From positions 1-59,436 of IMG/VR virus record IMGVR_UViG_3300027265_000045: a stretch of 59,436 nt of DNA; one strand, 5' to 3'. The stretch is from a virus. Its lineage: Duplodnaviria > Caudoviricetes. Of the stretch, positions 47,183 to 57,674 are shown in pieces. The first letter of the stretch is position 1. Every line of letters starts with the position of its first letter. Below the pieces are notes generated by a model, which saw nothing but the letters and a program-made list of their open reading frames with translations, was not told the origin of the DNA and did no database searches. The position numbers and the translations under genes are program-made.

Positions 47183-47378
47183 ATTTTTTACTGGTTAGGT
47201 GCCAGGTTTGGCATGTAGGGCATTTATAAGCCCGACGCGGAATTTTCTTTTTACGCTTGGTGCTTAACAGGTTTGGCATACGTGCAATGTTTATTGCCAG
47301 GTGGGCCGCTGCATATGAATAGCTGAGTTTGCTGCATGGGCCGGGATGCGTTAAAATAGGGTGTGTGCGCTTTTTCAT
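47157..47378 (-). CDS. Small Zn-finger protein
   Basis: CSK...RAYKCPTCQTWHLTS. Confidence 0.65.
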   Translation of the reverse strand: MKKRTHPILTHPGPCSKLSYSYAAAHLAINIARMPNLLSTKRKKKIPRRAYKCPTCQTWHLTSKKYDQNHDDN

Positions 47379-47389
47379 TGCATCGCATG

Positions 47390-47758
47390 TTAAAGCAGTG
47401 ATTCATTTAGCTTGAACTTGGAGAAATCGTCGCTGAATGATGCCAGGTTGAGTATGTTGCATCCTATTAGTACATAAAACAGGCACCTGTAAAACTTCAC
47501 TTTGTTTTCGGGCTTAACCAACGTGTTAAGATCAATAGTTTCGTCGGGTGTAAGCTGTGCAACAAACCTATCAATACCTGCCAGGTACTCGACATCATCA
47601 GCCGATATGGAATTGCGCCAGGCGAGTGCTTCGTCTAATGTTTTGAATAGAAGTTTTTCGGGATCGAAACCGATATCGGGAACTGTGTCGGATTTAAATA
47701 CCAACTGCAGAACGCTTTCGATAGGAGGAGCCGGGAATTTGATGGCTGATTGTGGCAT
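47390..47758 (-). CDS. Hypothetical protein
   Basis: Operon-oriented ORF. Confidence 0.6.
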   Translation of the reverse strand: MPQSAIKFPAPPIESVLQLVFKSDTVPDIGFDPEKLLFKTLDEALAWRNSISADDVEYLAGIDRFVAQLTPDETIDLNTLVKPENKVKFYRCLFYVLIGCNILNLASFSDDFSKFKLNESLL

Positions 47759-47818
47759 GTTGTGGTTAATTTGAAGATGTGAAAATGTGAAAATTTGAAA
47801 ATGATGAGTTGACGAGGG

Positions 47819-48106
47819 TTATAGGTACTTTGTTACTTTGTCAATTTTCCTGAATAGTTTGGCGAATTTGCTTTCAGTTAGGAATAATGGTTTGGGATTG
47901 GAATACCAGTCGATGGTTAGTTTTTCGTCCCAATACAAATGGAAGTTCTTTTCGCCAACTGTTTTTTCATCTTTAAATTCCATTTTCATAAAGGCGTTGC
48001 CTTTGCTTGTTTGGGTAGGAACGGCGTATGTTCCATCAGGAATAGGGTTTCCATAGCCGAATCGTATTCCTAAATATCTTTTTACCTGGTTGTATTCTGA
48101 GATCAT
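47819..48106 (-). CDS. Hypothetical protein
   Basis: Operon-oriented ORF. Confidence 0.55.
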   Translation of the reverse strand: MISEYNQVKRYLGIRFGYGNPIPDGTYAVPTQTSKGNAFMKMEFKDEKTVGEKNFHLYWDEKLTIDWYSNPKPLFLTESKFAKLFRKIDKVTKYL

Positions 48107-48126
48107 GTGCTTTATGTAATTAAGTA

Positions 48127-48810
48127 TTAATTAATTCCGTGAATTTTCACTGCAACAGTTTCTTTGCGTGGGTTTTCGTCATTGTAATGTTTTTGGGCAA
48201 TCAGGATCATGATGGTATCATCCAATTCGAAAAGCAGTGGTTTATTTTCCGAACTATGGCGAAGCGTTACTGAACTTACACCGGCTTGTTTTATCACGTT
48301 CAGCATCATGTAAACATGCTTGCTATCGATGGGAATGCCGTTGATAAGAATATCCTTTGCAGGATCCTTGGCCTTTTCTAACCGGCCGGTTTTTATTTTA
48401 CCGGTTTCGTTACATGTTTTACAATCGTAATCAAAACCATCATGTGTAAAAGTTCCGTCGCCGTTGCAGGTTTCACATTCGTAGGTTACTTCCTGATTTA
48501 CCAAAGGGATGCTGAAATACGTTTCGTTCAAATCTTCGATACGGATTTGCAACTGGCAATTAAATGCGGGTATTATTGCCAGGAGATTAGGAAAAGCATG
48601 ATCAGGAGGAGGCAGCCTGTTTTCAGCATATTGTGCAATCATAATTATACTATGCGGATTACTTGCTACGTGCCAGTTGCGGCCGTTGTGTTCAAAAGGG
48701 AATATATCCTTTAAGAGTGGCCGGTCAGGGGCCAGATATGGGGTAAGGATGGTTAATGTGAGTTGTTTTTGCATGTCGTAATGTTTATAAAATTTGATTT
48801 TATCGAACAT
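48127..48810 (-). CDS. Protein with a DnaJ-like CxxCxGxG zinc finger
   Basis: CETCNGDG and CKTCNETG; coupled to the primase gene. Confidence 0.6.
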   Translation of the reverse strand: MFDKIKFYKHYDMQKQLTLTILTPYLAPDRPLLKDIFPFEHNGRNWHVASNPHSIIMIAQYAENRLPPPDHAFPNLLAIIPAFNCQLQIRIEDLNETYFSIPLVNQEVTYECETCNGDGTFTHDGFDYDCKTCNETGKIKTGRLEKAKDPAKDILINGIPIDSKHVYMMLNVIKQAGVSSVTLRHSSENKPLLFELDDTIMILIAQKHYNDENPRKETVAVKIHGIN

Positions 48811-51800
48811 TATAATATTGTGTATTTCGTATTTGCCACTGTAAAGTATTCGATTCCGCCCGATTTGTCGTCGCCAGGTCGGCTGTCGATCATATCCTTT
48901 TGAGGGTTGAACTGCAGCTTGCGGAAATGGCAGTAACTCTGCAGTTTCTTCTTGAATTTGAAGGGAGGTACAAACTTACGTTCGGCGGGGTTTTTATCGT
49001 AGAAATCGTTGGTCAGCTCGCTACGGGCAATGCGCCTGTTAATGTTGTTGTTGCTGATATCCTCGCTGGCCACATCGTCGCCGGAGCCAAAGTACTCGTC
49101 GGCCCAGGTTAAGTAGCTTTCGCCGATAAACTGGCGCAGACGGCGGAGCTCGAGGCGTTCCAAAGGACCTTGCACCAGTCCGGTTCCGTTAACTCCCCAG
49201 CCCATGCTGGCAGCGTAAAAGTAGGTTTGCAGGCAGCGGGCTTTGAGGTTGTAGAAATAGTTCCACTGCGTTTCGTCCCACTCGGTGAAGAAATTAAGAC
49301 CGAAATCCTCGATGGGTTTGTGCGAATCGTTGTAAAAATCGGAGAAAGCAAGCTGGAACTGGCGATCCTTGAACGATCCGCTGTCGCCGTTAATGGCGTG
49401 GTTGGTAGTCATGAATATTTTAGGCGTTTCGGCTTCGCTGAGGGTGTATTTTTTAGTGCCCTTGGTGTTGATAGTAATCTTTCCGGTTATTACCGGGAAA
49501 AAGAATTCAAAATCCACGTTTGCCCGAACGTCATCAAGGAAAATATTATCCGTTTTTTCGGAAACTTCCTCCCATATAAATGGATCCTCGGTTAAATCCT
49601 TGCTTTTGGCTCCGATGTAGCATTGCGGAATAACCTGCCCTATGGCAAAGCCCAGGATTGATTTACCTGTACGGCCATTGCTGTCGCCTACTTCGCTGAT
49701 GCGCCCATCCATGGCCACAACGGCCTTTTCGCACGATTTATCGCGGTATTTGTGCAACAGGTACCCGATGGCTGTCATTTTACTTACAAAATGGAGGTTT
49801 GTTTCGAGCTGATCGCTGAGGGTATATTGACTATCCGGATTTTTGGCGACGTGGTTTGCCTTTTCGTATTCGGTGTAATAGCGCCATCCGGCCGGGTTAA
49901 TAAGTTTGCGCCAGGCAAATTCGCCTGTATTGTACAGGAAGCGCAGGAAATGGCATTCGTTGGCCTGTTTGCTCAGCGTTACATCGAACTGGTGGAGCAT
50001 AACCTGCTTTGTGGTTTCATCAGTAATGGTTTCTATATCCTTTTTCTCAAAACGCTTTACCTTTATAAAGTCATCGGGAAGCAGCTTTGCGTCGAAATCG
50101 TTTATTTTATCTTTCCAAACGCTGTACTGCAGGTCGCTGAGCGGATGTTCCTCGATGCCTTCGGCGGTGATTTTCCAGTATTTGTTTTTGAAAAACAGGA
50201 TCTGAAAGTTTTTATCAGCAGTTTCGAATTTAGGATTTACATATTTGAGGTTACTCAAACTATCAGGTCCCAGGTACATTTTTGCGCCACGGTAAAACAT
50301 ATCCATAATATCATCCAAATGCGCTTTTTCGGCAATCTGCTCAGTAAATTCGGTTACAAAATCGCGGATATGGTAACTGTCCACTTCCTCTACAATTTTG
50401 TTATCCTGCCGGATAAAAACAAACTTCCCGGGTCCTTTCAGTTCGTACCTTCCGAAACCGCGCTGAAGCAGGAAATTGTAACAACGGCGATAACGGAAGC
50501 GGAATTCGGTATATTCGTTGCCATCGCGGCTATGCTTGGTAACTTTTTCGTAGTATTCCTCATCATCCTGAAGGGCTTGTGCCGGAACAAACTTTTCATC
50601 TTCGTTAAAACGCCATTTGTGCTTTCCGATTTTAAATTCAGGGATGGCAATCAGTTCGTCCTTGTATTTTAAAGCAAAGGATTCGGCACTTTGCAGCTCC
50701 CAGAACTCACGTATTTTCAGATCGCTGAGCGTTGATATTTTATTAAGCTGAATGTACTTCCCTTTGCCGTTTTTCTCGTTGATGGTGAAATTAATATCCT
50801 CGAGGAGTTCGCGCTCGCGGCCGGCAAGCGTATTCGCCAGCAAATCATCGAGTCCTTTGTCTTTTTTGTCGTTCGGTTTGATGTAAGCGAAATACGTTTC
50901 GAGGTAAATGCCTATGTTGGTAAACTTTTTGAAGTGATCGCGGAAATTGCGCACGGCATAAAAGAAGTTCAACGGACGGCGGTCGACCTGATCACCCGGC
51001 TTAAGATCGTTGCTGAGCTGATCCCAATCGCTGTCGAGCACAAATATTACTTCCTCAACCTGGCAGGCACGTATAATAAGCTCGAACTCGTAAGGAAGCT
51101 GATCGTTCATGGCAATATTCATAATGCCCATAATGCCGACAGAGAAAATGCCGTGAATGCAAGCCTTTACCGACTTCTTTTCGCCTTCCTGTATAAAGAG
51201 GCGTTTTACTACGCGGCGTTCGCGGTAGGCCTGCCGTACCTGCTCAGGGATAAACAAATGCGATCCGGAACCATAAGGCGAAGAGTATTTCATGGGGCGG
51301 CCGGGTTTATCCTTATGCATTTCCGGATTTTGCCAGCGAATGCGGAACAGATCGGCCATTTTGTTGGTTTTCGGTACCTGGTACTGAACCGGTTTCCCAT
51401 CCAGGTCGTAATACCAAATAATCATATCGTCGCCGGCGATAAGTTTACCGTACTGATCGCGTGTTCCTGATTCGAATGCATCGATAATCCTAACTTTATC
51501 GACGTCAGCACAGTTTATTTTCTGATCATCTTCGCTGATGCCCGAAAGTTTAAGCTGGCGATCGCGGAAAGTTTCGACTACAGGTTTTTCTTTGCGCTGG
51601 GGTCCGCGTGGCTTTGGGGTTTCGTCGATGGCGATGGAATAAATATTGGCAACAATTTTGAGTGCTGCAGGGAAACTTACTTTTTTGTATTCGGTTACAA
51701 ACTTTACCGAGTCGTTACCTCCAAATCCGCAGCTGTGGCATTTATATATTTGTTTGGCTTTGGAAACCGTAAGCCCGTCAACCTTGTTACAGTTGGGGCA

Positions 51801-51908
51801 TTCGCCAACGTGCTGGGAGCCTTTTTTCTTAAGTGCAATGAAATCGCCAATAACGCGGGTTAGTTCGGATTCGCGCTTAATCTGATCTATAATTTCGGGA
51901 GGAATCAT
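48810..51908 (-). CDS. DNA primase-helicase fusion
   Basis: N-terminal Zn finger (CPNC..CHSC), TOPRIM-like QEGEKK and LDSD, C-terminal P-loop GRTGKS with FLDD and TTN. Confidence 0.85.
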   Translation of the reverse strand: MIPPEIIDQIKRESELTRVIGDFIALKKKGSQHVGECPNCNKVDGLTVSKAKQIYKCHSCGFGGNDSVKFVTEYKKVSFPAALKIVANIYSIAIDETPKPRGPQRKEKPVVETFRDRQLKLSGISEDDQKINCADVDKVRIIDAFESGTRDQYGKLIAGDDMIIWYYDLDGKPVQYQVPKTNKMADLFRIRWQNPEMHKDKPGRPMKYSSPYGSGSHLFIPEQVRQAYRERRVVKRLFIQEGEKKSVKACIHGIFSVGIMGIMNIAMNDQLPYEFELIIRACQVEEVIFVLDSDWDQLSNDLKPGDQVDRRPLNFFYAVRNFRDHFKKFTNIGIYLETYFAYIKPNDKKDKGLDDLLANTLAGRERELLEDINFTINEKNGKGKYIQLNKISTLSDLKIREFWELQSAESFALKYKDELIAIPEFKIGKHKWRFNEDEKFVPAQALQDDEEYYEKVTKHSRDGNEYTEFRFRYRRCYNFLLQRGFGRYELKGPGKFVFIRQDNKIVEEVDSYHIRDFVTEFTEQIAEKAHLDDIMDMFYRGAKMYLGPDSLSNLKYVNPKFETADKNFQILFFKNKYWKITAEGIEEHPLSDLQYSVWKDKINDFDAKLLPDDFIKVKRFEKKDIETITDETTKQVMLHQFDVTLSKQANECHFLRFLYNTGEFAWRKLINPAGWRYYTEYEKANHVAKNPDSQYTLSDQLETNLHFVSKMTAIGYLLHKYRDKSCEKAVVAMDGRISEVGDSNGRTGKSILGFAIGQVIPQCYIGAKSKDLTEDPFIWEEVSEKTDNIFLDDVRANVDFEFFFPVITGKITINTKGTKKYTLSEAETPKIFMTTNHAINGDSGSFKDRQFQLAFSDFYNDSHKPIEDFGLNFFTEWDETQWNYFYNLKARCLQTYFYAASMGWGVNGTGLVQGPLERLELRRLRQFIGESYLTWADEYFGSGDDVASEDISNNNINRRIARSELTNDFYDKNPAERKFVPPFKFKKKLQSYCHFRKLQFNPQKDMIDSRPGDDKSGGIEYFTVANTKYTIL

Positions 51909-51958
51909 GTAAGGCAGTGGATAGTTATGAGTGAAAAGTGAAGAGTGAAAAGTGAAGG

Positions 51959-52342
51959 TTAAAACGTGTTAAATGACTTCATATCCAGCACATCGAAGCG
52001 ATGTTTAAAGCTTTCATCATGGGGAACCTGGTCAGATGTGATTGCGGAAGAAGTGATGATAATGCGGGGATTGAGAGTAAATGCTTTATGCAATTGTTTA
52101 TCGACGGTAATTCCATTTACAGTATGGTATAGCCCTTCCAGTTTTTCAACCGAAGGCAAATCATCAATGATCAGCAGTTTTGTTGTAGGCTCACAATCCT
52201 GAAAATTAAAAGGATGGTTTGCTCTTATGTTTTTTCCAACAATCCAGGTTACTTCGTCTTTTTTATAATCTTCAGCAATTTGCCGGGCCATCCACGTTTT
52301 ACCACATTCAGGCGGGCCGATAATTAAGAGTATTTTTTGCAT
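51959..52342 (-). CDS. Small P-loop NTPase (SF3/AAA-like)
   Basis: GPPECGKT Walker A, LIIDD Walker B, SFKHRF. Confidence 0.75.
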   Translation of the reverse strand: MQKILLIIGPPECGKTWMARQIAEDYKKDEVTWIVGKNIRANHPFNFQDCEPTTKLLIIDDLPSVEKLEGLYHTVNGITVDKQLHKAFTLNPRIIITSSAITSDQVPHDESFKHRFDVLDMKSFNTF

Positions 52343-52352
52343 TACAGATTTT

Positions 52353-52532
52353 TTATTTGCTTTTAGCTGTGATGGTGTATTCAATAATTTTATTGGATTT
52401 TACCACTTCGAAGGTTCCTTCAATACAGGGTTCGGTAACGCCTTCATCCATTTTATTGAAAAGGATTCCGGCTATCTCGGCCATTGAATGACCGATGGCA
52501 TTTTGTTCGGAGAGGGTTAGATCGAGTTGCAT
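52353..52532 (-). CDS. 59-aa hypothetical protein (not in the ORF track)
   Basis: Manual translation MQLDLTLSEQNAIGHSMAEIAG...TITAKSK fills the gap. Confidence 0.55.
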   Translation of the reverse strand: MQLDLTLSEQNAIGHSMAEIAGILFNKMDEGVTEPCIEGTFEVVKSNKIIEYTITAKSK

Positions 52533-52548
52533 TGAGCTCTGTTTAATT

Positions 52549-53037
52549 TTAAAAATTGTAAGGGAAAGTTGCTGTCAAATCCTTTAAATCAATCCCCATA
52601 ATTTTACGGTTAGCCGGGGTATTAGGTAATACGTGACATTTGTGGTTATCAACAACTGCTTCGATAAAGAGAGGCGCAGCGGTTTCCTTTGGCACCGAGC
52701 AAACATGCTCACGGGAGCTGTAGGCAACGTGAAATATGCCGGCTTCTTCCCTGGCAAAGTGATATCCTTTGCTTTCGTGCCGCCACATAAAGAAGTATTT
52801 ATCCTTTCGGTGTGTATATTTGGTGGAGATATAGATAAAATCGGGCTTTTTAAATATTTCGATATGCCTGGCCGTAACGCGGCGATCGGATTTATTGCCG
52901 CAGCATTTCTTTTGCTTTAACCCTGATCCGCAGGTGCATGGATGGTTAGGCTGTGTTTTAAAGCTGATAAGCTGGTCGCCGGATTTAATATCGGTTTTTT
53001 CGTGGTGTTCGGCAGGGGATTTAGGTTGTTTGCGCAT
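52549..53037 (-). CDS. SEC-C motif protein
   Basis: PNHPCTCGSGLKQKKCCG. Confidence 0.7.
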   Translation of the reverse strand: MRKQPKSPAEHHEKTDIKSGDQLISFKTQPNHPCTCGSGLKQKKCCGNKSDRRVTARHIEIFKKPDFIYISTKYTHRKDKYFFMWRHESKGYHFAREEAGIFHVAYSSREHVCSVPKETAAPLFIEAVVDNHKCHVLPNTPANRKIMGIDLKDLTATFPYNF

Positions 53038-53079
53038 GGTGAATGAATTTAGGAATTTGAAAATGAGATGGCGAGGAAG

Positions 53080-53463
53080 TTATTTTTTATGGTTACGGGA
53101 ACGTAATTGGTTTTGTCGCTTCTGGCGGCGTTGTTTTGTCGGATCTTCTAAAAATTCGTATGGCTTAATGATGGGTTCGAGCCTCAATTCTTTAATAGGA
53201 AAAGGTTGTATTTCCTTTTGCATTACAGGGAATGAATTAGGATTGCCAAATACAACTACAGCTCCTTGGGATAAGTGTCTCCCAAAATATGCGGCCATTT
53301 CGGCTATATTTGTGTTAAATCTTTCATAACCTTCAGGAAACATTTCCACATTCTGTGTATCAATATCTGGTTCAGTATTAAATTCTTCTTTCAGTTCCTT
53401 TACGGTTAATTCGTCGTATTGGTCGGTTTTCAGGGCGCGGATAAGGTTAAAGTAGTTGATCAT
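53080..53463 (-). CDS. Hypothetical protein
   Basis: Operon-oriented ORF. Confidence 0.55.
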   Translation of the reverse strand: MINYFNLIRALKTDQYDELTVKELKEEFNTEPDIDTQNVEMFPEGYERFNTNIAEMAAYFGRHLSQGAVVVFGNPNSFPVMQKEIQPFPIKELRLEPIIKPYEFLEDPTKQRRQKRQNQLRSRNHKK

Positions 53464-53467
53464 AGGG

Positions 53468-54316
53468 TTAGTCGTTAAATTCTATTTGATATTGATTTGC
53501 TGCTTCAGGGATAAAATTCATTACTAGGATCTCGGTTTTGGATTTCACTTTCTTTTTTCCTTGTGACCTGATTCCGAGATTGGCAATTTTATTAAGGCTG
53601 GTAATACTGATAGTATGCCAGTTGTTTTTGGCTACATGCCAGCGTAGCGTTTGCGACCAGAAATTTGAAAGGATAAACTTGCCCTTCATATCCTGGATCA
53701 CCTGAAGCAGTTCAAAAAGATCCTTAATTGTGAATCCGCTATAATGACCTTGTACAAATCCGGCATACGGAGGATCGAGATAAAAGACTGTTTCGTCAGT
53801 ATCTCTATCGATGATTACTCTTATTGCCTTCCGGCAGGAAATTTGAACGTCTTTAAGTCTCTCAGATATTTCTTCGCTTAAATCTTCGCGTTTACCGCGC
53901 AGATAAATACCGGAATGAGAACCAGCTGTACCATTGCACCATTTCCAACCGCCATGTATATTTCCGCCAAAAGATCCATTGGTAACAACCCATACACTCC
54001 AGGCTAATTCCAAATCGGAAACCGTGCCGGCACGTCCGTTATAAATATCTTTTGCAGCTTTATGAATAGCTTCGGAGTGAAGCGTATCCGAAATAATCCG
54101 GTTTAAGTTCTTATAATCATCGCGCAGAATGGTGAAGAAAGTAATAAGCTTATGATTTATGTCGTTAATTACCTCGAGGTACGATTTACGTTTTGCAAAA
54201 AATACAGCTCCACCACCGAAATAAGGCTCACAATAAATCTTATGCTTCGGAAGTATGCTTACAATAAGCTTAGCAAGCATTTGTTTTCCTCCGTAGTAGG
54301 TAATGGGAGTTCTCAT
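53468..54316 (-). CDS. Dam-like (D12 class) N6-adenine DNA methyltransferase
   Basis: YYGGK, EPYFGGGAV, EVINDI, FYLDPPY. Confidence 0.9.
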   Translation of the reverse strand: MRTPITYYGGKQMLAKLIVSILPKHKIYCEPYFGGGAVFFAKRKSYLEVINDINHKLITFFTILRDDYKNLNRIISDTLHSEAIHKAAKDIYNGRAGTVSDLELAWSVWVVTNGSFGGNIHGGWKWCNGTAGSHSGIYLRGKREDLSEEISERLKDVQISCRKAIRVIIDRDTDETVFYLDPPYAGFVQGHYSGFTIKDLFELLQVIQDMKGKFILSNFWSQTLRWHVAKNNWHTISITSLNKIANLGIRSQGKKKVKSKTEILVMNFIPEAANQYQIEFND

Positions 54317-54801
54317 CGTAAACGTATGTATTTACCATTAATACCAGAATCCTTCAGTCGTATGTCGGCAAGTGATCCATAAGCTACCAGAACAGATGGA
54401 GCTCCTGCATTAGCTTTTGCCCTGTTACCGTTTACATCATGAAAATACAATCGGTCGAAAATGAATAAAAGAGATGTAGCTTGATCCCAAACCCATTTTT
54501 GAAACATCTTTGTTTCAGTCCTGGCAAAAATGAGAGCAATGCCATTATCGTACTGCGACATGCGGAATAACCAGCGCTGAGCCTCTAATCCATAAGGAGG
54601 ATTACACCAAACGAATCCATTCCACAACTGGTTCAGTCCATCATCTTCAATGGTAAAGTGTTGTTTTGCTGTATCCCATGGGCGAATAACAGGAGCGCAT
54701 GGATCGGTATCAAACGGACCAAGTTTTGCAATGATATCCGGAGGGGTTAACCACTCGTCGTTTTTCATCTTTGCTGATTGATGTGAGCCGATTCCGTTCA
54801 T
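54313..54801 (-). CDS. Phage N6-adenine DNA methyltransferase
   Basis: DEWLTP, FDTDPC, VWCNPPY, ARTET. Confidence 0.88.
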   Translation of the reverse strand: MNGIGSHQSAKMKNDEWLTPPDIIAKLGPFDTDPCAPVIRPWDTAKQHFTIEDDGLNQLWNGFVWCNPPYGLEAQRWLFRMSQYDNGIALIFARTETKMFQKWVWDQATSLLFIFDRLYFHDVNGNRAKANAGAPSVLVAYGSLADIRLKDSGINGKYIRLR

Positions 54802-56885
54802 ATCGCGATCCTTTCTCTCGTTAATCTGCTTACCATTGCTTCACACCTTGCTTTTGCAATTTTCACTTCAACGGCATTGCCAATTTGTTTCTTTTGGTCA
54901 GCCTGCGTTCCAATAAGTACATAATCTTTCGGGAAACCCATTATCTGTTTCAGTTCCGGGATGCGGAGCATGCGCATCTTGATATCTACAATGCCGTACA
55001 TGCACATGAATTCTTTGATTTTAACCGTTATTTCGCTGTCGGTTTCAAAAAACTCAATGGCGGCATATCCTTCTTCGGTTTCCACCAGGTAAGGAGGGCG
55101 CTTATCCATTTTGGCTATCAGCGTGAAACAAGGTTCCTCAATGGATCCGCCTGCCGATGTAAACTGCGGGTTCATGAGGTAATGCCATTTGCGGTTGGCG
55201 GTAATTACCCGGGATGGTTCGTCGATGCTGCTGCCTGTATTTCCGAAAGCGGTATCCATTATCCAGGGCTTGCAGGTAACAAGGTTTTGTTTGGGTACCG
55301 ATGTTACTGTTGGATTGGGATCTTCAATGCTCGATACCTGTCCGCCACCGGTGTACTGGTTCATTACAAAATGTTGATTTAAAAATGTAACAGATCCACC
55401 AAGTCGACCGCATTTTGTACAAGGCTCTTTTTCGTAAGTTGTAACAGAACTAATCCAACTATTACCACAATCACAGGTAACCTGCACTTTTTGTGAATCA
55501 GATAAAGAATCTATGCTAACCAGGTTAAACTTTGGATTGGCTGTTATCGCATTGCACGGTTCATCAATAGAAGCCGGTTTGCTCTGCCCGAATTGCTGAT
55601 CAAGGAATTTAGGACTTACAACAGCAAGCCTGTCTTTTGTCATCAGGGTAGGGCATGGTTCGTCAATATCCCTGGATGTATCCTTAAAATTGTAAGAACA
55701 CATAAACTTAGGCTGCACAATACCGAAACGGTCCTTTGTAGTTACCGTTGGAGCAGGTGAATCAATGCTCGATACATTATCGCCGCTGCTGTAATGCGAC
55801 TGAATAAATTCAGCGCTTACCATGGCATGCGAATCAATGCAGGTGATGGTTCCGGCCGGACCGTCGATGGTAATATTTTTATGTTCCGGCCTCCCGGAAT
55901 AGTATTTCGAAAGAAATTGTGCGCTTACTACTCCAATTCTTCCCTGCGTGCTGATCACCGGGCACGGATCATCCAGGCTTGGAGGAACGTGTTTTCCTGT
56001 TTTACCGTTTAACGAATTGTATTTAAGCAGCCATTTATCTTTTCCACCAGCCACAAACTTGATAAGTCCTGCGTAAATGCGTTCCAGCGTTTTATCGCTT
56101 AAAGCTTTGGTGCGTGTAAAAATGCTTACTCCTTCATCCGTAAGATCCAGCACTTCACGCACAGGACGCCATTTCTTTAACTCATCGTTAAAAAATCCGC
56201 CCTTTACAGGTTTCTTGGCATGGGTAGCCTGTGGCCACGAAATGGGCAAAGATCCCAAAGCGAATTGAGCAAAATACCGTTTGCGTGAAGTAAGCGCCCC
56301 GAAATCAGCTGAATTCAATACACGGTAGTCAAAACGATATCCAAAACTTTCAATCTTGTTTTTCCAGCGCATGTAATCGCGGCCATTGTGTTTATGCACC
56401 GGCTTTTTATCTTCGCCCAGCGGTCCCCAGCTCATAAACTCAACCACGTTTTCAATGGTAATGTAATCCGGTTTCAGCATCTGGATATAGCTATTACCTT
56501 CCACATATGCGCCGGTCGACTCTTCCCATTTCATATACAGCGAATAAGCGAGCGTGCGACTGTCAGCTTCACGCGGGTTTCCGCCCTTAGCGTTCGAAAA
56601 GTTGGTACATTCCATAGATCCGTGAAGCACCAGCAATGCATCCGGGTATTTAACCCGCATTTTATTTACATGTGCTACGAGCTTATGCAGGTTGATCATG
56701 CGTACATCCTCGGTAAAATGCAAGGCATCGGGCATATTGGCCGAGTGGCTGGCTATGGCATTGGCATCATGATTTATGCATGCAATTACTTTTGCGCAGC
56801 GTTGGCCATTTACTTCTGCAAGCTCATCCCCGTAACTTTCGCCACCGGCACCGCAAAAAAGATCAACTATTATAAGGTATATCAT
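54798..56885 (-). CDS. C5-cytosine DNA methyltransferase with a repeated central region
   Basis: DLFCGAGG, ECTNFS, IENV, SRKRYF, IGNAV; multiple S(I/L)DxP(C/A)xT repeats. Confidence 0.9.
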   Translation of the reverse strand: MIYLIIVDLFCGAGGESYGDELAEVNGQRCAKVIACINHDANAIASHSANMPDALHFTEDVRMINLHKLVAHVNKMRVKYPDALLVLHGSMECTNFSNAKGGNPREADSRTLAYSLYMKWEESTGAYVEGNSYIQMLKPDYITIENVVEFMSWGPLGEDKKPVHKHNGRDYMRWKNKIESFGYRFDYRVLNSADFGALTSRKRYFAQFALGSLPISWPQATHAKKPVKGGFFNDELKKWRPVREVLDLTDEGVSIFTRTKALSDKTLERIYAGLIKFVAGGKDKWLLKYNSLNGKTGKHVPPSLDDPCPVISTQGRIGVVSAQFLSKYYSGRPEHKNITIDGPAGTITCIDSHAMVSAEFIQSHYSSGDNVSSIDSPAPTVTTKDRFGIVQPKFMCSYNFKDTSRDIDEPCPTLMTKDRLAVVSPKFLDQQFGQSKPASIDEPCNAITANPKFNLVSIDSLSDSQKVQVTCDCGNSWISSVTTYEKEPCTKCGRLGGSVTFLNQHFVMNQYTGGGQVSSIEDPNPTVTSVPKQNLVTCKPWIMDTAFGNTGSSIDEPSRVITANRKWHYLMNPQFTSAGGSIEEPCFTLIAKMDKRPPYLVETEEGYAAIEFFETDSEITVKIKEFMCMYGIVDIKMRMLRIPELKQIMGFPKDYVLIGTQADQKKQIGNAVEVKIAKARCEAMVSRLTRERIAI

Positions 56886-57646
56886 TAGTTGTGTTTATTG
56901 ATAATTATAATGCAAGCTGAAACACCGGTTCCGCTGGTTTTAAAAACTCCCGCAGGCAAATTAATTACATGGGCATCTTTTGCCGATAACCATTCGCGGA
57001 ATGAAGTTTCTTTTTTGCCGGAAGTAAACTGATAATGTTTTGATGCAACGGATACAAGCCGGCCGGATGGCTTCAGGCATTCATACATTTTATAAATATG
57101 ATCGATATCCTGATTTTTTGTAAATGGAGGGTTTGCGATTATGGTTGCAAATTCGTCAGGTGCATTTAATTGCAAAAAATCATCGCATAAATATTTTGTG
57201 TTTGAAATTCTTGACAGGAAGCTTCTATTGAGTGGATCCAGCTCGCAATACCTTACATTTAACTGATCATATTGATCTTTATGAATTGCCTTGATAATTG
57301 CGCCTTTACCTGCTGATGGCTCCAACACTTTACCAACAATGGCAGCATCAATAAAAGCATGTTCGCAAAGCTCAATGGCTAATTCTTCAGGAGTTTCGAA
57401 AAATTGGAATTCCTTTTTCAGATTACGGGTTTTACCGTTGGCAATTTCGGATATTAACGATGTAGGATCCTGTTCAAAAACAAACCCAAATACTTTACCA
57501 CCCTTCCATTTACCGCCAATGTGCTCCAATTGCTTCGCGACATCCTGGTATGTTTTTCGGTCGAGTTTTATTTGAGGAAGCTTAACTATTGATCCTTCAA
57601 TAGCACATTGTTTTAATATTTCCTGTGTTGTCATGATGTTTGCCAT
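56885..57646 (-). CDS. SAM-dependent N6/N4 DNA methyltransferase
   Basis: QFFETP, VLEPSAGKGAI, IANPPF; likely start MANIM at 57646. Confidence 0.85.
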   Translation of the reverse strand: MANIMTTQEILKQCAIEGSIVKLPQIKLDRKTYQDVAKQLEHIGGKWKGGKVFGFVFEQDPTSLISEIANGKTRNLKKEFQFFETPEELAIELCEHAFIDAAIVGKVLEPSAGKGAIIKAIHKDQYDQLNVRYCELDPLNRSFLSRISNTKYLCDDFLQLNAPDEFATIIANPPFTKNQDIDHIYKMYECLKPSGRLVSVASKHYQFTSGKKETSFREWLSAKDAHVINLPAGVFKTSGTGVSACIIIINKHN

Positions 57647-57674
57647 TGTATAATTAATAATTATAAGTGTTGAT

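Noticed and set aside
49752-50672. Long plus-strand ORFs (this 306-aa ORF and others antisense to minus-strand genes)
   Set aside because: They lie wholly opposite well-supported genes and show no recognisable motifs; treated as shadow ORFs.
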